Positions 56,356 through 64,000 of a DNA stretch of 64,000 bases are shown here, in pieces; the stretch's first letter is position 1; each line of letters opens with the position of its first letter. This DNA is from the human T2T-CHM13v2.0 reference genome, Homo sapiens. The notes under the pieces are model-generated. The model was not told where the DNA came from, searched no databases, and saw nothing but the letters and a program-made list of their open reading frames with translations. The DNA is taken from the NCBI RefSeq assembly GCF_009914755.1, contig NC_060927.1; one strand, written 5' to 3'. A program made the translations under genes and the position numbers.

Positions 56356-56541
56356 CAGTGGTTCTCAAACTTGGAGGAGCATCAGAACCACCTGGAGGGT
56401 TTATTAAAACCTGATAGCTAGGCCCCACCCCCAAAGTTTCTGATACTGCAGGTCAGGGTAGGGCCTGATAATTTGCATTCCTAAGAGGTTCTCAGATGAT
56501 GTCGATGTTGCTGGTTCAAGAATCATACTTTGGGAATGACC
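56356..56541. mobile_element. MER5A (donor of the local duplication)
   Basis: cagtggttctcaaactt...catcagaaccacctggaggg...aatttgcattcctaa...catactttgggaatgac. Confidence 0.88.
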
Positions 56542-56629
56542 ATGATAGTGTATGTATAAGGTATTCATATTCTGCTTAATTAGAATATAGGCTAATGTCC
56601 CAATAAGACAAATGATCAAATTTATGTTG

Positions 56630-57300
56630 TTCATTCATTCATTTGGTAAATACTTACTCATCACCTGTTGAGCACTGACCAGGCCTTGGGGATGAGGTGG
56701 TAAACAGATGGACTTGATTGCTGTCCTTACACAGGAGAAGACAGAGCAGCTATGAGGATACAACAGACCAAGAGGCACCCCAGGGGAAGCACAGGCTGCT
56801 CCTGAAGCCCAGGGCAGGGGCCCCAACACATCTGTGAGTGAGTGAATAAGGGGGAAGGGAGGAGGCATGTAGGGTCTCCTGGAGGAAGTGCCTCTATGCT
56901 AGATATTGAGACAGAGTAGGAGAGAACCAGAGGAAGTGAGGGAGAAGTGTATTCCAGGTGAAGGGGAGAGCATGTGTACAGATCTGGCAGGACTTTGTCA
57001 TGGTGTCATATGGAAACTGGAAGGAGTTCAGTACTTAGTGGGGAGAGAGTCTGTGTGAGAGAGGAGTAGGGGGCGTAAGGAGAGACTGGAGGCTGGGGTT
57101 GGCCATGGTAGCTGGTGAGGCTAGGCAGTGGTTCTCCAAGTTGTCCTTTGGCCAGCAGCATCAGCATCACCTGAGAATGAGTTGGAAATGTAACTCTGGG
57201 GGTGAGGCCCAATCCGTGTTTTAAGAAGCCCTCTAGGTAGGGCCAGAAAAGACATACTGGGGCATCTGGATTTGATCCTACAGTGCCTGCAGCACAGAAT
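56630..57300 (-). mobile_element. L2 relic with MER5B-like insert at about 57125-57235
   Basis: ttcattcattcattt...aggtggtaaacagatggac; cagtggttctccaagt...cagcagcatcagcatcacctgaga. Confidence 0.65.
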
Positions 57301-58842
57301 CAGTTTCCAGTAAACACAGGGAGCGTTGTTTCTTCATTGAAGACATTGTATTTATAGGGGTCAGAGATGAAGGCATTAGCTGAGCCTGACTCCTCATGAT
57401 TTCCAAATATATTTATCAACACAACAGAATAAACTCAATCAACTTGTGTGGGAAGAAGGAGGGTGCTCTGGTAGTGAAAAGTTCTGGACAGCTGAGGTGG
57501 AGCTTGAACATGCTCATACTGTGAATGTATTTGGGTGCAGGGCCTTGCCATTTACTTTAATGTTAGGATCTACCTCTCCCCGCAGCTTTCATCTTCTGAT
57601 AGCTCTGATGGTAGAGGGTCAACGCTGCAGATGTGTATAGCCCTCCAGGATTCAGCAGTCTCTGTGGCTGTGAGTCAAGTATTGCTCTGCCTTTTTCTGT
57701 GCCCAGTTCTGGTGCCTGCTTTCTGATTTGGGAACCTTCCTCAGATTCTTAGGAACCTGCTTTACCCCTGGCAGTACTTCCCTGCCTCCTCCAACATGAG
57801 CCCTTGCCCAGTGCCTGGGACAGCAGCTCATGGCCAGACCTTTCTGGTGCTGCCTGCCTGTCAACCTGGATCTTTGGTCAGGGCTACCTTGTAGGGACTT
57901 GTACTATTCTTGTACTAGGAATGTTCCTATCCACCTGCCTGCCCACTTTCTCCTAGTGGAGGGCTGACAGAAAGAATTGGGCTATGAACATAGGAACTGG
58001 AGAAGCACAGCCATGGTGTAAGGAGAGTGAGGCCGGAACAGTCACAAGGTTTGTGCAGTCCACAACAAGGGCAGACAAATCACATGTAAGCGGAGGGTGC
58101 TGGTCAGAGGAGAGGGGAGGGCAGATGGAGCAGGCTCCAAGGAAAAGAGGAGCAATGAAGGAGAAACCTGTACTCATTGTTTCTTTGCTCCTGGTAGCCT
58201 TTAAGTTTCAGTTTGCCCATGACCTGGCACCCACATTTCACTCCAAGAGCTCTGAACCCCCCTGACCAACCCTGTTTTTAACAACTGGCTTGAGAGGTTC
58301 CTGTAGCTCCTCAGTGGGACTCTCTCTGTCACTGGTTGTGTGCTTGGGATTGATTAAATTTGTACAGAGGCTACATAGCCACTTGGATACTCACCCCACC
58401 CACACAGACCAGGCTTTGCTCTGAAGGGGGATCTGGTCTGCACTCCAGCCCTCCTACTTGGCTTCATCTTGCTACCTGGTACCCTCTGGGCTGAGCTGTG
58501 AAGAGACGCTGGCTGTTGGCCTGTGCACATTGGAGTGATTTGGCCTTTCAAACCAATGCATTAAGAAATGGGCCACTAGGTGCCCAGGTCCAAGGCTGTT
58601 GACATAGACAAGCTTTGTGCAATGTGGCTAGCATTTTAATGCAGGTGGTTACCTTCCTCTTTTCCAAAGAAAGAGGCCTCAAATGGAGGCTGAATTACCT
58701 TCCCCCTTCAACTAAAAGACTGTTTCAATTGGTTAATATTATAGACATTTACAATCAGGCTGGAGGGTTTTGGGGAAATGGAAAGTAAGTGTTCTGGCCT
58801 TCCACGCTCCACACTTTAGCCCAAATCAAGATTCCAGACTAG

Positions 58843-59002
58843 CAGGTCTCATTTTATGGGCATGTGACCTGGAAAGTCTCATAGAGCTCTGCACTCACAA
58901 ACATCCTATGCTCTGCCATTTTAAAATTCTGAATAGCTGTTTCGCAAGGAGCCCTGCATTTTCATTTTGCAATGGGCCTTGTAGGTGAAGTAGCAAGTCC
59001 TG
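58843..59002 (+). mobile_element. MER45A-like hAT-Tip100 element
   Basis: cagg...atgggcatgtgacctg...caaggagccctgcattttcattttgcaatgggcc...gtagcaagtcctg. Confidence 0.75.
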
Positions 59003-59119
59003 CAGATGGGGTCCTAGTCTGGCCTTTTCCCGACTCCCACACTGATTATTCCAAGGTAACTTCAGATGCACAAATCTGGGTCTGGTTACTCTGGGTTCTT
59101 GCCGAGGGCTTTGTTTTTT

Positions 59120-59640
59120 GAAAGCAAACATTTTTGAGTATCTGTGCTGTGCCAGGTGCCATGCTCTGTTCAGGGAACTCTTCCTTTAATGGAGGAGATA
59201 GGTGCAGAACTGGATTGTCAAAATTCAGGGGCAGCTATTCTAACCTAGCTACAGAGAGAGAAGAGCCTTCCTGAAGAAGAAGACACTGAGTTGAGTGATG
59301 GATGATTATTGATCAGTCAAATAAAACTAGGGGAAAGTATTCTAGGCAGAGAGACAGCTAGAGCAAAAAGCTGAGGACGTAGAGTGTCAGAGTGTGCTCT
59401 GGGAGCTTCACACACATGAGGAGGACACAGCGTGAGGCCAGGAGTGACCGGAGATGAGGCTAGAGGGACAAATGGGGTCCAGATCACAGGGCTTTTATAC
59501 ACTCAAGGAAAGTGGAATCGGAAGCATCAAATGGGGAGCCACAAAAGGCTCAGAAATAGGCAGGGACATGATCAGATTTGCATATTGGACAGATTCCTCG
59601 AGTGGCTGTGTATGGGAATGGACTAAAGGCAGTGAGCCTG
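59120..59640 (-). mobile_element. L2 relic
   Basis: caaacatttttgagtatctgtgctgtgccaggtgc; ggacatgatcagatttgcat. Confidence 0.65.
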
Positions 59641-60050
59641 GAGGGTATCTGTAACATGTGACTCCATTATTGGGATTATCTTTAGCCAGCCAGCCCCGAA
59701 TTTTTCAGGAACAAGGACCTCATTTGTCCTGCTGCAGACTTTGCCTACAGATTTGAATTTCCCAATCTCTGTTTTAAAGTTACTGGAGCTCTAATTAAGG
59801 CCATGAAAGGCTTTAACTGTGACCAGAGGCATTTTTCCTTCTCTTCCTCTTATGATGCCAGAAGCACTGAGAACCCTTCTACCTTCTCAGTCAGCATTGG
59901 CATACCTTCTCAAGTCTGGGCTGGTCCAGGCATGGGAAACACTGGGATTTCAGATGTCCAAGTACCAACTACTTGTATGGCTGACTCTAAAAAGGAGTGT
60001 CTTCTCCAAGTGCCTGCTCACTGGAAAGCACTACTAAATAAGCAGGCTGG

Positions 60051-60430
60051 TGTGGTAGGCAGAAGTCTAAAAATGTCTTTTAACATTCTATCCCCTGGTT
60101 ATCCAATGAAACACTAATCTAGACACTGCTGTCGAGGGCCTTTGAAGATGCAATTAAGATTGCTAATCATTGGGCTGTAAGATAGGGAGACTATCCAGAC
60201 TTGGCCGGGTGGGCCCAGTGTAATCACATGAGCTCCTCCATAGCAGAAGAGGGGTCAAAAGAGCTTCAAGCATGAGAAGGCTTTGATATGCTGTTGCTGG
60301 TTCTCTCTGGGATCAGAGAGAAGTTTCTAGGAGCTAACAGGAACACTCCAGCTGACATCTAGCAAGGAAACAGGGAACTCAGCCCTATAACCTGAAGGAA
60401 CCGGTCAGGCCAGGGAGCTTGGACTTAGAG
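60051..60430 (+). mobile_element. MaLR LTR (MLT1E-like), 3'-truncated
   Basis: tgtggtaggcagaagtctaa...cccctggttatccaatgaaacactaatctag...gggtgggcccagtgtaatcacatgagc. Confidence 0.8.
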
Positions 60431-60559
60431 ACTCACAAAGTAGAAGCGCTTTGGGTGGCTCTGTGGTGAAAGAAGTGTGATTTTTTTTGTGAGCTCCAAA
60501 TAGGCAAGAGAACACATTCTTAATTGATTGTATGTCTCAAGAGATGCAGGTACTGAGCC

Positions 60560-60930
60560 ATTTGGTGATTCTGAATATGGTCGGGGACCATCAGGATCAG
60601 CATTACCTGGGAATCTGTAAAACAGCAAATTCTTGGGCCCCACCTCAGACCTACTGAATCAGAATGTGTGGTGGAGGCAGAATTGTGTTTAAACAAGGCC
60701 CCCCAACCCCAGGTAACTCTGGTGATCATTCCTGTTTGAGGGCCACTGGTGTAATTCTAGCACAGTGAGTCTCAACCTTGGCCACACATTCAGGTCACCT
60801 GGGAAGTTCTCATAATAACAGCTGCCTAAGACTGCATGTGAAACCAATTTACTTAAAATTTCTGGGGCGAGGCTTGGATATTTGTAATTTTTAAACAGTT
60901 CCACAGGGACTCCAATATCCACTGAAAATT
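60560..60930. mobile_element. Two adjacent MER5-family elements
   Basis: catcaggatcagcattacctgggaatc...gggccccacctcagacctactgaatcagaat; tctcaaccttggccacacattcaggtcacctggg. Confidence 0.7.
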
Positions 60931-62623
60931 ACGGGCCAGGTGCCTTGTACATAATTGAAGTTGATAAATATTTCCTGTCTGGATGGATGGTTAATAATTA
61001 CTCTGAAAACTCCTTGATGTTAGTGATTGTTCTCTCATTGGAGTAACCCCAAGGCCTAACCCTAAGAGGCCCCAGGAAGCTGTATGCACTGCAGGAGAGA
61101 CCAGCCTTTTGGAAGATTATAACCTTAGTCCTGGTTGTCATCTTACCTCTAAGCCCTATTCTGATATCTAATCTGGCCTACTTATGCTTACCTCGAAAGG
61201 GCAGAAATGACATACAGGTGTATATCAAGGGCCTATGGCTATTTATCGTCCCTCTCATATCATGTGCTAGGCCTAAGGGCAAGGAAGGTAAATAGGCTAA
61301 TTTCTGAGACTGGGAGATCTCTATCAGGCCAGCTCCTGTATCATGCCCAGAGCTTTCTCCCTGTCATTGCATTGGTGTGCAGCACTGGCACATCACGTCT
61401 ACTTTTCTTCTCTTGGGATGCTTCCTCCATTAAGCTAAGCTGCCAGCAAGGGCGTGGTGGTCTTTGTCTTTGTGGTCCAAATGGCCAGGCTTCTCCAGAG
61501 GGTGGAAAACAGAGGCCCAGATTATGGTTCTGAGATCTGGCTGCCCACTGAAATCTCTTGGGAAGAGGGTAACAATTCCTACTACTGTTTCCCATCCAGA
61601 CTCTAATTCAGGACATTCAATAGCAGAACTCTCAAATCTATGTTTTTAATAGAACCCCCAGGTGATTCTGAGGTAGCCAGTCCATGAGAGTCTGTGGATC
61701 ACTGAATCCTAGCATACTTTTTCTAGTTATGCTTTTTCTAGGAAAAGAAGTCTTGAGGTTGTTAAGCTATCATTAGCATAAGGATTGCACAAATAATTTA
61801 GAGTAAAAATTAAAGAAATGTAAACACTTTGGAACAGTTACAATTCTATTTCTGTTTTTTTCCCCACTCACTTGATTCTATTCTCAGGATTTGGTGGTGT
61901 TTCTTATATGAATCTCTGATTTCACAATTTAACTTGTTTCTCCTTGTGATTTTGAAACATTAAGCTAGTTTAAGCTAGTTTGTTGTCAAATACCATTCAA
62001 AATGCTTTTACTTTTTTTTATTCCCTAGCCACAATCATCGCTTACCTGTGTTGTAGTTGATGAGGGGTGAGATAACTTGATCTCCCTACTCACAGTATCT
62101 TTGCATTCCCCCTCTGAGATTCCACCTTCTTCTTGTCAAGTGGCAAAGGAAAAATATAAATGGATAAGTAATAGTATCATCAGGCCCACTCCTGAGTTCT
62201 CCTCTTGCGTCTGTTTTGCCTTAATCACTAGTGCATATGCTGACTAGCTTCAAAGTCTTTCAAAGTTACATCTTGTGTTGATGCTAATTTGGAAAACAAT
62301 GATAAGATTTATACAACAAATACTTTTCTCCTGATTCCCTTAGCAACCGTCTCCAAATTTGACAGGAAATTTCAATCCATGTTGTCAGGAAGGTAACCTT
62401 AAGAATACATTTGAACGAAGTCAAGGAGGGTAATTGACATCCTTACTTCCATTCTGGGGTGCTGAGATCTTCCCTCACTGGAATAAGGTTCTCAGTGCAG
62501 GGCAACTCAGACTCCTGCTTTCTCTCCATCCACTTTGCTGGCTTCCTGAATACAGTGAAGAGAGTCTTTTCTGTCCTTTCTCTAGGCTGAGTGGGGGTAG
62601 AAGGACTGAAAGGACTAGCAAAA

Positions 62624-63170
62624 ACCATGGAATACTATGCAGCCATAAAAAAGGATGAGTTCATATTCTTTGCAGGGACATGGATGAAGCTAGAAACCAT
62701 CATTCTCAGCAAACTAACACAAGAACAGAAAACCAAAGACTACATGTTCTCACTCATAAGTGGCAGTTGAACAATGAGAACACATGGACACTTGGAGGAG
62801 CATCAGAACCACCTGGAGGATTTATTAAAACCTGATAGCTAGGCCCCACCCCCAAAGTTTCTGATACAGCAGGTCAGGGTGGGGCCTGATAATTTGCATT
62901 CCTAAGAGGTTCCCAGATGATGTCGATGTTGCTGTTTCAAGAATCATACTTTGAGAATGACCAGGATAGTGTATGTATAAGGTATTCATACACTGGGTCC
63001 TGTCAGTGGGTGGTGGGATAGGGGAGGGATAGCATTAGGAGAAATTCCTAATATAGATGGGTTGATGGGTGCAGCAAACCACCACGGCACGTGTATACCT
63101 ATGTAACAAACCCACACCTGCACGTTGTGCATGTGTATCTCAGAACTTAAAGTATATTTTTTTTAAAAAA
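62624..63170 (+). mobile_element. L1PA7-like 3' end interrupted by a 201-bp templated insertion
   Basis: ccatggaatactatgcagccataaaaaaggatgag...aacacatggacac | insert | cactgggtcctgtc...cagaacttaaagtat. Confidence 0.95.
62790..62990 (+). repeat. Direct-orientation duplicate of 56369-56569
   Basis: Ungapped manual alignment with offset 6421 and 7 mismatches in 201 bp; includes non-MER5A flank gatagtgtatgtataaggtattcata. Confidence 0.97.
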
Positions 63171-64000
63171 GGAAAAAGCACCCACACAATAAAACAAAAT
63201 GTAAAATAAAAAAAAGAAGTCCATGCCCATCTTCATTCTCAGAAGGTACTAACTAGATCATAATTTTCTAACTGCTGTCCACTGACCCTTGAGAAATAAC
63301 CAGATTATTCTTAAGAGATATTCTTAAAGCCATATATGTATTCTGTATCCCCGGCTTGGGGTAAAAATTGCCATGGATGAGGGGTTAGTTACAAACAAGC
63401 AGGTAAGATCAAGTTGCACACATCTTCATGCTGGAAACTAGATCCTGCTGCCCAGAGTGGGTGGGATTAAAGCAGACACAGGCAGGCTGAGCAGCAGCAA
63501 CCCAGCCAGGCCTGTCTGAAATGTCAGTCTTGGCTGCCCCATTGCCCTCTCCCTTGGAGGCACCATGGGCATTATCTTCTTTTCATGCCAGGAGAGGAGG
63601 TGGATGGGAGAAACCTGACCCTTTAATGCCAGACACCCCGTGCAGCTGTGCAGGGCTGGATTCTCTTGCTAGACTTGGCTGGCCTCCCTCTCTGTTCAAG
63701 GCAGCATTAAGAAGATTGATTTCTGTTAGCCGGCCATAATGGGAGACTATAATGGCTGCGAGGGAGACACTTGGCTTGTGGACACCTTGTACAGGTGCCA
63801 GTCACTTTGGGGGTGAGCCAGGCAAGGCTTCTTGCTTTTTGGTTTGATCTTCTCACCTCCCCTCCCCTCTTCCCCTCCCCTCTTCTCCTCCATTTTCTCT
63901 TCCCTTTCTCCTCTTCATTATCTCCCTCTTGGTCTAGAAATGCTCCATGTATCTAGGACTCAGACCCCTGTGGCTTTGGATCCAGTGTGCTCTCTCATTA

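Noticed and set aside
62790-62990. Independent MER5A transposition into the L1
   Set aside because: One terminus is missing, donor flank is included, there is no 8-bp TSD, and 96.5% identity to the nearby copy is far too high for independent MER5A copies
63160-63220. Possible short 3' transduction after the last L1 (aataaa plus A-rich run)
   Set aside because: No convincing TSD could be found, so the element's end cannot be fixed

Overview
Primate, most likely human, non-coding genomic DNA, judged from AluY/AluS/AluJ, L1PA/L1PB and MaLR content. I find no credible protein-coding gene, RNA gene or CpG island. The ORF track is explained by Alu, L1 ORF2 and Tigger remnants or by chance. The window is a layered transposon landscape: 8 Alu/FLAM elements, all on the minus strand, several L1s, many MaLR/ERVL solo LTRs, MIR/L2/L3 relics and hAT/Tigger DNA transposons. 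Subfamily names come from recalled consensus sequences, not a database search. The most unusual observations are rearrangement fossils: (1) a 201-bp copy of local sequence 56369-56569 pasted 6.4 kb away into a much younger L1PA 3'UTR; (2) an L1PB with a twin-priming inversion and a probable ~510-bp 3' transduction; (3) two L1PA 3' ends stacked in tandem; (4) a 12-bp fold-back at a truncated L1 5' junction; (5) a palindrome-containing tandem repeat. There are also tentative lncRNA-type exons and enhancer-like unique stretches. I do not see evidence for a novel gene-encoded system.
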